Assembly: GCF_902459465.1 (NCBI RefSeq)
Contig: NC_047062.1
Coordinates: 23,188,001-23,252,000 of the forward strand
Direction: 5' to 3'
DNA from: Asterias rubens
Lineage: Eukaryota
DNA: 64,000 nucleotides
Positions 24,078-35,784 of the stretch are shown one piece after another. Both the position numbers and the translations under genes were made by a program. Position 1 is the first letter of the stretch, and every line of letters begins with the position of its first letter. A model generated the notes under the pieces. That model saw only the letters and a list, made by a program, of their open reading frames with translations, ran no database searches and had not been told where the DNA came from.

Positions 24078-26714
24078 ATGTCTACTGATAACAAAGAGAA
24101 TGCAGAGTGCGACAAGAAGAAGAAGAACCGACCACGCCTGAGCATCAAAATTTTCAGTGGAGGCAGTAAGAAGAAAGATCTAAGGAAGATACACGAGGAG
24201 CATCACGATTCTGACGGATCCCACAAGGCTCCGGAGGAGAGCCCAGAGGTATTGACTGAGGAGAAAAACACAAAGGAAATCAAAACTGACAATGTGACTG
24301 AATCAGATGTGAGGGAGGAGTCTGCTCCTGTTCCAGTGCCCTTAAGGTTTGGGAGGAGACGCTCTCTGTCAGCATGCGCTGATGTTCAGGATACACGCAT
24401 CAAGAGAAAAGACGACAGCGAAGGAGGTGACCAAGACGAGACGGATGGGGACCAACTGAGCCCCCTCCCAGCCTCCCCAACGAGGTCCTGTATAAGAGGG
24501 CGATCGGCTACCTTCTCCCACGGGGAGAACGTCGAGGAACGTTCGAGACAGCGGAGCGTTAGTTTCTCCCCAGAAACGGTTGACCCGCCCCCACGTAACC
24601 TCAAATACCGGGAATGGATCGAGGCAAAAACCAAGGCACCGCCAATCAACGTCAAGCACGAGAAACACAAGCAGAAAATGGTAAGGGCAATCAATATCTT
24701 TTTGTTTTGTTTGTCAGCTGGACTGTATCCATAGAGATGTTTGGTCGTCGAGATATTAGAAATTGTTGTTTTGACATTTTAAAAGACCTTCATATGCTTG
24801 AAATTGGTCACCCGTTGTTGAGTTTGTTTGCCGACAACTGTCAACAGAACGAGCATTGAGACTGCGTTTGTAATTTGCTTGATTGGACTAACTTGTTTTT
24901 TTCGTGAAGTGGACTAAATCAGGCATGAATGGTGATTACGCTGTAACTTGCATTATTGCTTCACTGTACATAAAATATATCAGGTTCTGAAACAACACTC
25001 TTTTATGATAGTTGGGGATTTTATGTAGAATTTTGTTCATAAACTCTTTGTAAGAATCAAGAAATCATATTTGGGTGAAAAAAAAGTTTAAACAAAGACT
25101 AAAAGAAATTATTTTGAAACAGCGCTCTTTTAATGATGAGGATTTAATAGCAACTTTTGCAGAAACTCTTTATAAGAATCAAGAAAATGATTTGGTTAAA
25201 AAAAGTTAAAACAAAGACTAACAGAAATTGTTTTGAAACAGCACTCTTTTAATGATACGGATTTAATGGAAACTTCTGCAGAAACTCTTTAATATGAATC
25301 AAGAAAATATATATCAAAACTCTCTAAAGGATGAGGAATTTTTAATTTTTTAAAAATAGAAATAAAATACAATTTTTGAACAAACTTGAACTACCTCCAA
25401 AACTGTAACAACAATTAACCCTATTTTTACGATAGAAGGTACAGTGTATTACAAAATATCAAAGTTATTTACAAGGTTTATTAATGATTAACACCAATCA
25501 GGCAGAATCAGCCTAATCGGTTTTATCCGAGGCATTGGATAATACATTAAAAGCAGCTTATCTTGATGAACCTAATAACCTTACACCAAACAACTGATAT
25601 TTTTCGCTGACCTTACAGAGTCTAGGTCCCCTTACTGTACCTTCAACCCTGTATACAAACTACACATCAAATAAGTTAGTGTGCTTTTTAAGTAATCTAC
25701 ATCAATTGTACAAATAGATATACACAATGTTAAAAGCCATTTGTCATGTCAGCTTGTCCTTGGGCAATTTCATAAAGCTTGATTAAGCCCAAAAAATTAA
25801 ATAAAAATCTGAGAGGCAGGGTATACTTTTGGCGTTTGTCAAAGACCAGTATCCTCACTATGCATAAAATAGCAAACCTGTGAAATGGTGGGGTCAATGT
25901 TTCATAGTATAAACGCCCAAAGTTCCATTGCTCTTAAAAGTTATAACCAAAAATAGACACCCCCCCTTTAAAAACTTTACGGTTGAGCAAACAAAATGTG
26001 ACATTGTAATTTGGTTGGTAGGCTTAGCCATATTCTCAACAGGCATAATTTTGTTGTACTGAGGTTCTTTTGTGCTTATAAAAATGGAGTCCTGTAGGCC
26101 TACCAGTATGTTGTTGTTAGCTGTGTCTGTAGCGCTATATTAGCCACACCAAAACGTTGATTCTGAAAGCACAAAACGGTTTTATGCTCCTCAGCCCTGA
26201 CATGTTTTGGGCACATATACAAGACGCGCAACCATTGGAATGTTCAGAGACATTTCCATGCAGTGGCTTAACCAGACGTTTGGGGGGGGGGGGGGGGCAA
26301 CCATTAATTTTTGCATTTATTTAAAGCTCATTTGTCAACAAAAAGTGGGGAAAATGCTTCTGAGCTGCTGGCTGCCACCTCCCCCTCTGGTTAAGCCACT
26401 TTGCTTTTATATACACATTTATTATGAATTAGGTTTTTGTTTCAAAACTTTAGTTTATAAATCCCTTGAGTTCAACAAAAATATGTAGATTTGTTCACTC
26501 TATCATTAATCATTATTTTTAGCAACACACACTAATGATAATACTCTTTAGACCAAATATCATTGTTTTGTATCTTCACTTCCCCCTTTCTCTACAGAAC
26601 CAAATGAAGAAGGTGAACTTGTCCGATTTCCTGTCATCTCCTAAACGTGGGACTGGGGGAATTATGTCAGTCAGTACATCAGCTTTTGGAGGGGGTGGAA
26701 GCATGATGATGTAG
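24078..26714 (+). CDS. Predicted 239-aa orphan charged/disordered protein with an RVxF-like motif; exons 24078-24680, 26598-26714
   Basis: A 201-codon open exon (MSTDNKENAECDKKKK...RQRSVSFSP...KHEKHKQKM) ends at ATG|GTAAGG. The acceptor tccccctttctctacag leads in phase 0 into NQMKKVNLSDFLSSPKRGTGGIMSVSTSAFGGGGSMMM*. Start context aataATG. Confidence 0.65.
25040..25300 (+). repeat. ~120-bp local tandem duplication (about 2.3 copies) in an intron
   Basis: aaactcttt(g/a)taagaatcaagaaa...aaacaaagactaa.agaaatt.ttttgaaacagc.ctcttttaatgat..ggatttaat is repeated. Confidence 0.7.
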
Positions 26715-26839
26715 CCAGAGTGCCAACAATACAACCAACCCACCACACCAAGGAGAAGTCAGAGTATGAGTCGACTCTTGTTCTTGGAGACCCCTGGACG
26801 GCATGCCATCACTGATCTTTGTCAGAATCCCATGTACCA

Positions 26840-26915
26840 ATGTTGTCCAGTGGTTAGACTGCAGAATTTAACAATTACAAGGTTGTGGGTTCGAATCCTA
26901 CCAGGCTAACCGCTG
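26840..26915 (+). mobile_element. tRNA-derived SINE head; reverse-strand relatives at ~50160-50230 and ~54475-54570
   Basis: A-box-like tgtccagtggttag and B box ggttcgaatcc (26888-26898). The shared acaagg..gtgggttcgaatcctacca occurs reverse-complemented in the other two copies. No valid cloverleaf. Confidence 0.6.
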
Positions 26916-27015
26916 ATTCCACAATGGTAAGGCACCGTCTACCTGTTGGAGACCCAGTACCAGAGCGAAGCACACATTTTCACAACAACTTGTTTGTCTC
27001 TGATACGAAGCCTAA

Positions 27016-27140
27016 AGCCTGGTTCATACCTCCTGCGAATGCGAAGCAAATTTTGGTGATACGCACTCATTTACCATTTGTGATGCAAGGAAATTCGCTT
27101 TGCACGAAGCATTCGCAGTAAGTATGAGCCGGGGCTTTAG
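27016..27140. mobile_element. Short MITE
   Basis: taaagcctggttcatac..ctgcgaatgc ... gcattcgcag..gtatgagccggggcttta inverted termini. Confidence 0.55.
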
Positions 27141-29490
27141 TTTGAGGCATGGGTTTGAAAAGGGTCATCGTAATCAAAAGTCAGTCGGAACAGTATTCAT
27201 ATCTTTGATTAATCTGTTATATCACACATCACAACAAGACTTTTATTGGGGTTTTAATTATTCACAGACTCGTGGGTGATGACATTTTCTTGCAGTAATA
27301 TGATGGAAGGGGGTAGAAGAGTGAGTTTTTTTTTCCCGGTGGAGACAAGAGTTATCTCCTCCCACTCTCAAAAACAAGCATTGTTTGCATGTTTTCCTCT
27401 TGTTCCCTCTTTGATTTTAGCGGTGTAAGGAGGGGGGGGGGTAGAACGAGGTGGCTTACATTTGTTGTTGACTTATCCACATATCCCATCTCAGATGACT
27501 GTGCAAAAAAAAGGAAAAATATTCGGCAAACCGAGTGGACCAGATTTCCAAATCAAATAAACGGTTCTCAATTTGACAATGAAATGCACTTACTTTTATC
27601 GATCTGCAATCAATAATGGAAATGAGCCCAACTCCAATTTGTAGTATTCTCACCGAGACACTTCTACTGTGAAATCTAGTCGATAGTCTAACTTGTAAAA
27701 TTTATTTTTGGATGCTGTTTTTTTTTCTCTCCTTTTTTTTTTTTCAAAGTCTCAAATACAAAACAAAATAATTAAATGGAAGTCTTGTGGTTTTTGTTTG
27801 CAAATGAAAAAGCAAGTGTTTGTAATGCACAAAATTTTTTAATTGAACATTTCTTTGATATCAATGCAAATGTCAACAACAAAACAATCTTTTTATCAAA
27901 ACAAGTGTTCACCAGCGTTTCTACAAATTTTCTGGGGCGTCACTAAAATACAATGTATTTTAAGTAAACACATTTAGAAATATCGACTTTCTGACACAGA
28001 TTTCTGAGAAGTGCCCCAGAATAATAATTTCTTTCTGGGGCTTCATTTGTTGTTTGTTTTAACTGCACAATTTGTGCCGTTACAAAAACAATATTAACCC
28101 TTTTCCTCTATTTGATGTTGCAAGGTTATACAGTTAAGGGGAAAAAATATTTAAAGGTTAGTTTACCTACATCTCATGATACAGTTTTAATTAATGTTTT
28201 AACCCTCATGCATTACAAAGGACAAAGTTTACATAAAACAGTTGTTGTTGCCTGTGTAGCATGTAGCTCCAGATTATTTGTGTTATTTGTTACCAACGAA
28301 TGAAGGGAAAGGGTATAGTTCTGATAAAATCTTGGACAAATATATCACCAATCAATTTTAAAAATGCAAGATGAAATTTTGCATTAATTTTGTTTAATCA
28401 TATGTTTTAATTTTTTAAAGAATCTATCTTAATATCTGAAATATATGTGTGTAGGCACTGAATGCGATTGTAATGGGTTTGATCCAGTTAGTGGTTTGCA
28501 GAGCAGAGGCTAAGAAGAGGGATGGGTGTACTGGGCATTAAACAAGTAAACAATGTGATCGAAGACTATGTTTTTTTTTAATAAAATCACTCTTTTGAAA
28601 TGTTATTTGTACACAACTAATGATATGAAAATACCCATAGAGATTTCTTACTGATACAATTTCAGTTTGTATAGAACAAATAGTTTGTTGAAGTTAACAT
28701 TAAACAAAAATATGGATGAGGATGCTTACTTTTTTGGAACCACATTTGCCAATCATGCCCGAATTTGTGCGATTATAAACTTAATGACACGAACACCAAT
28801 AATTGGGCAATGAGTTCAAATTCTTAAGAAGGGCCTAATTGCACCTCCTCTGCAACCTCTTGATCCGCTTCTGTGTTATTGTATTGTTTGAAATTAATCA
28901 TCATTCCTAAACGTGATATTTTTTTAGACTGTGGCCTGTCCACATGCTGATTAATTTCTACACCATATGGTATCTATATATACCCTTATGTATTAGAACT
29001 GTGGTCATGATTGTGTGTGTCTATTCCATGAAGAGCATTTTTATTTATATCCCACTGCTTACTGTGGAATTATGGGCTTATGCTATGCTGCGGCCCTTGG
29101 CGTACGTGCTTTACGGGTGATGTAAGCTGGAATTATTTGGTGAGCAGCGTCACAGAACTGGGCACAGATTCAAACTAATCAGTCTGGTGTAGGCTTGATT
29201 GGCTTTGGGCTGCTAAAATATTTAAAAACTCAAGTTAAACTTCAACATCAAAACTTAAGCCACTTTTAAATGACGTCTTTCAGTTATTGAAGATGCTTTG
29301 CAGAGCCTACATCTACTTATTTTTGGCCGACATGTGGACATAATTTGTTGTGTGTTTTAAATGCATCTGTACTTCATTTAAAAACAAATACAACATCTGC
29401 AAGGCCAAAATGGTAGCAATGAAAAGTAAAGTGGTAGGATATTTCGTGTGTGTTTCTTTCCTTTTGAAACAGTTTACAAAGAATAACAAT

Positions 29491-30517
29491 TATTATATAA
29501 CACCCAAGCAGATCCTTGCCATTTGATTGGAGGATTGTCCGTCACGTGATAGCAAATAAAAGTACCATTGCACGCTGAGTCACTCGCCGTGCTTTTTCGT
29601 TCCATCCGAAAAGTACCATTGCACGCTGGCACGCTGCCAGCGTGCAATGGTACTTTTCGGATGGAACGAAAAAGCTGAGTAAAAACATCACTGCGTGCGC
29701 GTGTCTTTGGTAACGCAGCAGGTGTTACTGCAAGAAAGCATAGTAAAATTACTAGCATTCGGCTTCTACAGTTGAAATTGTTTGTTTTGGAAGTTGTTTC
29801 TTTCAATCAAAATGACAAAGTTCTACTTGGATGTTATATAAAACAAATAATGAATGTTTTTCATTCGTGCAATGGTGCGAATATGTTCATTCGTTGAAAG
29901 CTGGAATGTTCCATTCAACTCGGCTCCGCCTCGTTGAATAGAACATTCCATCTTTCAACTCATGAACATATTCGCACCATTGCACTCATAAACATTCATT
30001 ATGTGTATATTATATAACACCCAAGCAGATCCTTGCCATTTGATTGGAGGATTGTCCGTCACGTGATAGCAAATAAAAGTACCATTGCACGCTGAGTCAC
30101 TCGCCGTGCTTTTTCGTTCCATCCGAAAAGTACCATTGCACGCTGGCAGCGTGCAATGGTACTTTTCGGATGGAACGAAAAAGCTGAGTAAAACATCACT
30201 GCGTGCGCGTGTCTTTGGTAACGCAGCAGGTGTTACTGCAAGAAGGCATAGTAAAATTACTAGCATTCGGCTTCTACAGTTGAAATTGTTTGTTTTGAAA
30301 GTTGTATCTTTCAATGAAAATGACAAAGTTCTACTTGGATGTTATATAAAACAAATAATGAATGTTTTTCATTCGTGCAATGGTGCGAATATGTTCATTC
30401 GTTGAAAGCTGGAATGTTCCATTCAACTCGGCTCCGCCTCGTTGAATAGAACATTCCATCTTTCAACTCATGAACATATTCGCACCATTGCACTCATAAA
30501 AATTCATTATGTGTATA
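29491..30517. mobile_element. Head-to-tail tandem pair of a ~515-bp element, each copy with two long palindromes
   Basis: Copies start at 29491 and 30008 (tattatataacacccaagcagatcc). There is a perfect 41-bp-arm palindrome at 29591-29675 (38-bp arms at 30108-30184). A ~70-bp-arm hairpin centred on ttcaactcggctccgcctcgttgaa sits at each 3' end. Confidence 0.8.
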
Positions 30518-31517
30518 CTATCACAGACAATAACAGTAACAACCTCCTAGCCAAAACCCCCAAATTCACCTTAAGAGATATTTTTATAAATTGGAGAGAT
30601 TTCTTCCTTTAATCATAAATATCTGACCCACTGCTCTAAATATTTGTCACTGCAATATAGAACCACAGAACTATGTTAATTTATGTTTGACTCTGTTATA
30701 AATACGCCAAAATTTAACAAATGTATACATTTCTTGTGATCTGTTTTTGAGTATTGTGAAACCGAGATGTGAATGGAATAGGAATAGTCTTTCTATAATT
30801 TTTGTATCAAATGTTATAACAATGTATAGTGGTATAGCCATCCATGGACTTTGTAATATACATCTGAATATGTAAATGTATTAATTTACTGCCTTTTGTG
30901 ATGAGAAACAGAGCTCAATGGCAAATTATTTTGACAATATTATGTGAAAGTGATTATTTTCCTGTAAAAAGTAAAACTTCTCATTCATGTATTAATGGAT
31001 TAACTTTGTTGGATAGCAGCACATAGTTGTAAATATATTTTTTTCTCTTTCAAATCTCAATAGATCAGTGCTGAGAGCAATATATCGTATTATTTGGCAG
31101 CTGCACAATTTAATTATTTTAAAAACACATGATGAATTTTAACCTCAGTTTTATTTTTGCCCAATATGATTTTAAAACAACACTTACTTTGTCTTTCTTC
31201 CTTACATTTGTAATCAGAGGTTTTAAACAACAAAACGAAAAGTGGGGGATTTTGCCCCCTCAAAAAAAATCATCTGAGATGACGAACAAAGTTGTATTAC
31301 ATGTATATGTTTTATTGGAACTAACGTGCCTAGGTACACCTTATAGATTTGATCTCTTTCTGAGCAGTCAGTCAGAGTGCAACAGTAGTCAGCATCATGC
31401 ACTCATGCAAACCCTGTTGCTACTTATATTACATGCCCTGTGGAACTCAATTCAAAGAGAGGGTGCAGCATTTTCAGCTCCAAATATTAAACTCGTATTT
31501 TAATAACAAAATACCAA

Positions 31518-31735
31518 GATATGGAAAGGTTTGTGGTAACACCATGTAATGATTATCTCTAAATGAGCTGGGGTGGTTCTGAAAAGAACTGTTGGTTTCA
31601 ACTCGACGTTTCGATCAGTATGCTCTGATCGTCTTCTGGAGAAAACGTCAAGTTGAAACCAATGTTTCTTTTCAGAACCACCCCAACTCATTAGAGATAG
31701 TCATTACATGGTGTTACCGCAAACCTTTCTATATC
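31518..31735. mobile_element. Inverted-repeat element with a central hammerhead-ribozyme-like motif on the minus strand (Penelope-like pLTR remnant, inferred)
   Basis: ~90-bp inverted arms. The minus strand of 31602-31641 reads CTC CAGAAGA C GATCAG-agcata-CTGATC GAAAC GTC GAG. Confidence 0.55.
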
Positions 31736-34700
31736 GCATTTCCACCATTCCACCATAAGAGTTTGACCATAATCGAAGCATTGCTGCAGTTAAACATGTT
31801 GTTCATAGTTGTTATGTGAGAGAAAAACAAAGCTCATTGAATTCTAAATGGAATGGTTTATTTGATTTATTTGAGTAAGGTTTTGTCTCTTATCGGTTTT
31901 AAAGTTAGGATTAGAGGCAACTTTTCTGCTATGGTAATTGGTTAACAAATCTTCAAATTCAGTGTGGTCTTCTCTTTGTGGAATGGTGTTGTTTAGATTC
32001 ATAAAATAGATTTATACTTTAGAATAATGGCTATATGGAACATTCCCTTTTGGAGCTTTGTTTGTTTGTTTGCTTGTTGCTGAACTGAACTTTCAGCTTC
32101 AAAAAAGTAACCTAATTAAGTGTAATCAATGCTCATGTTTACAAGAAGGGAATGCACAATGGTAACAATTAGTTGACAAAGAAAAAGTAACCTTGCAAGG
32201 CAGCCATTAGATTTTGTTTTACTTTGAAACTAACGCGAATGAGTTTCATTCTAGTCATCATCATGTTTTTATAGAAAACGTCAAATAAATGCCCATATTA
32301 TTACACACTCATAAAAAGATATATTGGAAGGCAACTTTTTCTATTGGGCGTAATTTTTTACTTTTGTTTTGAAAATTGAATGTTATCCCAAGCACAAATA
32401 TTTCTCAAATTGGTAATACAAAAATTTGTTTTCCATTACTTTTGATAACTTTTAAATTTGGATGTTACCAATGTGTAAGTCTTTCTTCAGGGAAGTATTA
32501 CCAGTATGATTATTTCCAGAATGTTTATTTTGACTGTGTTGGATCAATGTATAAAAACAAACTAAAATGTCAATTTGTTTTTACTTATTCCTCATCCGAA
32601 CATTGCTTGTACGATGCTGGTACATGCATAAGTTCCTTGTTTCCGCCTTCAAACACATGCCGTTACCTTGATTTAATAGCATACAAATTTATAATAACTT
32701 ACGTAATCGGACATAAATTTTAAAGAGATTCATTTTAATAAAGATTTGCTCAATCTTGGTTCAGGCTATACATGTTATAACAGAATGCTGTACCAACTTT
32801 AATAGTACCTTTCCTTTAATCTACTGCACCCATTAAAGTCATGGCCGTTTCTTTTCAATGGGAATCAAGTTACCCTCCAGGTCCTTATGAATGTTTTGGG
32901 TTTTTTTCTTCTGGCTTTTTCATTATTGCACAGACAATTTCCGGTCTGAGCGTCGCCAATTTCCTCTGCTAAAGGAAAGCAAAGGTGTTGACACTGTAAT
33001 GGGATATTTGCCAGTATAATAATTTGAGTCCTGTATGTGTGTGTAGATTTGGCAAGCCTCAAGTTTAGGCGCCTATTTGTTTGCTTCTCCGCTGGACAAA
33101 CTATTTACCATGAAATCCATGCCTATTATATCCTAATTATTTTGTCAACCAGTGACATTTTAGGAGAGTGTTTTACTCAAAGAGTGGAAGCAGGAATGAA
33201 TTGCAGGATAACATTTTTGTTTATTTATGGAAAATTAGGATCAACTTCCAATGAACTATTTTCTTGAGCCTTCTTGTGTTAGAAACCCTTTCTGGTAAAA
33301 CCAGCTTGTTCTAATATCAGTGCAACCGAACTGAGGCTGGTTGGCCAAAATGGCCTGAACCCAATTTCATTGGAAATTGGAAATATTGCTTAAACAAGTT
33401 CAGCACAATTATACAGGATTACCAGGAAACCAGCCACATTTAGTACATATCAAATTATATTTGGCTGATATTTTGATTCTGGTAAGCATAATGTTGTTGT
33501 GCTTGGCTACTTTTTGTGCTTAAGCAGCTCTATGAAATAGGGCCCCGTGTTGGGACGAGTAAACAACATTGCTTAGAATACAAACAAAGGTCACAGAGCC
33601 CAGGACATATAGATGATGGCAGCATGCTTCCCAGGTCTTGTGCTTTCTTGAGGTGGTTTTGCAAGTAAAATTCAGGTAGACAAACTGACCACCCTTTAGC
33701 AACTTAAAATCTGGTTATTTTCAAACTCCCCGCATCGATTTCTGCTTGCAGGCTTTTCCCTCCCACTTTATGGCGTTTAGTTGCAGAAATACTGTTAAAA
33801 GGTGAATAACTTACCCCCTGTTAAATGTAGCAAGGTGTCAAAAGTAAAAGACTTGGCAGGTCTGTTGCCCTTAAGAAATCGAAGGATCTGGTTGTGTTTA
33901 TGGGGATGCATGTGAAATGCCTATTGGCAGCTGGTGACACTCTAATTGTTGATTTGTATCCAGGTACATGCAATTTCTTTTTGAGGGTAAGGGGTAAAGA
34001 AGGATGATCAAATAATGTAGGATGCATCAAATTTAATTTAAGGGGATTTGTTTGGTTCCATTCAACACTTTAAAAAGGGGGGCTTTCTTTAAGAAATTGA
34101 TCTAATCATTTAATGTCTTTTAAACAAAAGAAGTCAGGCCTCACCAAATGTATGTGTGGTCTTTGAATTGTACATACATGTATGTTATGATTATGAACAT
34201 TCACTTAAAGTATGTATTTTTTGTGATGAATGTGTGAAGTCATAATAATTTGATAGTCGTTAAAGATGTCTCTTTTCACTTATTGTGTGGAAAATAGTTT
34301 GGTGTCTTTAAAGTACATTCTTTTTGAAGATACTTGTTTCAGTAGGATTTTTCCAGGATAATTTAACTTACCGAGTTGGTCTAGTGGTAGAACTGTTTGC
34401 CTTCGGAGTCGGAGGTCCCTGGTTCAAATCCCACGTGAGGTCTACAATCTTGTTGTTACAACTTAGATATCAAAATTTGTTGGGGGACAGAAATTTATTA
34501 GTAGGATTTTTCCAGGATATGTTAACTGACCGAGTTGGTCTAGTGGTAGAACTGTTTGCCTCCGGAGTCGGAGGTCCCTGGTTCAAATCCCGGGTGAGGT
34601 CTTAAATTTTGTTGTTACAACTTTGATTTCTAAATTTGTTGAGGGACGGAAATTTATTAGTCGGATTTTTCCAGGATATTTTAACTGACCGAGTTGGTGT

Positions 34701-35303
34701 AGTGGTAGAACTGTTTGCCTCTGGAGTCGGAGGTCCCTGGTTCAAATCCCAGGTGAGGTCGACAATTTTGTTGTTACAACTTAGATTTCAAAATTTGTTG
34801 GGGGACCGAAATTTATGAGTAAGATTTTTCCAGGATATTTTAACTGACCGAGTTGGTCTAGTGGTAGAACTGTTTGCCTCCGGAGTCGGAGGTCCCTGCT
34901 TCTAATCCTGGGTGAGTTCTTAAATTATGTTGTTACAACTTCGATTTCTAAATTTGTTGGGGGACGGAAATTTATTAGTAGGATTTTCCAGGATATTTTA
35001 ACTGACCGAGTTGGTCTAGTGGTAGAACTGTTTGCCTCCGGAGTCTGAGGTCCCTGGTTCAAATCCTAGGTGAGGTCTACAATTTTGTTATTACAACTTA
35101 GATTTCTAAATTTGTTGGGGACGGAAATTGATTAGTAGGATTTTTCCAAGATTTTTTAACTGACCGAGTTGGTCTAGTGGTAGAACTGTTTGCCTCCGGA
35201 GTCGGAGGTCCCTGGTTCAAATCCCAGGTGAGGTTTGCAATTTTGTTGTTACAACTTAGGTTTCAAAATTTGTTGGGGGACGGAAATTATTAGTAGGATT
35301 TTC

Positions 35304-35784
35304 NNNNNNNNNNNNNNNNNNNNNNNNNNNNNNNNNNNNNNNNNNNNNNNNNNNNNNNNNNNNNNNNNNNNNNNNNNNNNNNNNNNNNNNNNNNNNNNNN
35401 NNNNNNNNNNNNNNNNNNNNNNNNNNNNNNNNNNNNNNNNNNNNNNNNNNNNNNNNNNNNNNNNNNNNNNNNNNNNNNNNNNNNNNNNNNNNNNNNNNNN
35501 NNNNNNNNNNNNNNNNNNNNNNNNNNNNNNNNNNNNNNNNNNNNNNNNNNNNNNNNNNNNNNNNNNNNNNNNNNNNNNNNNNNNNNNNNNNNNNNNNNNN
35601 NNNNNNNNNNNNNNNNNNNNNNNNNNNNNNNNNNNNNNNNNNNNNNNNNNNNNNNNNNNNNNNNNNNNNNNNNNNNNNNNNNNNNNNNNNNNNNNNNNNN
35701 NNNNNNNNNNNNNNNNNNNNNNNNNNNNNNNNNNNNNNNNNNNNNNNNNNNNNNNNNNNNNNNNNNNNNNNNNNNNNNNNNNNN
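35304..35784. other. Assembly gap (481 N) inside the 159-bp array
   Basis: Run of N. True array copy number is therefore unknown. Confidence 1.

Noticed and set aside
29474-30405. Duplicated ~110-123-aa ORFs with a signal-peptide-like segment
   Set aside because: They lie wholly within the tandem palindromic element and differ by frameshift between copies.
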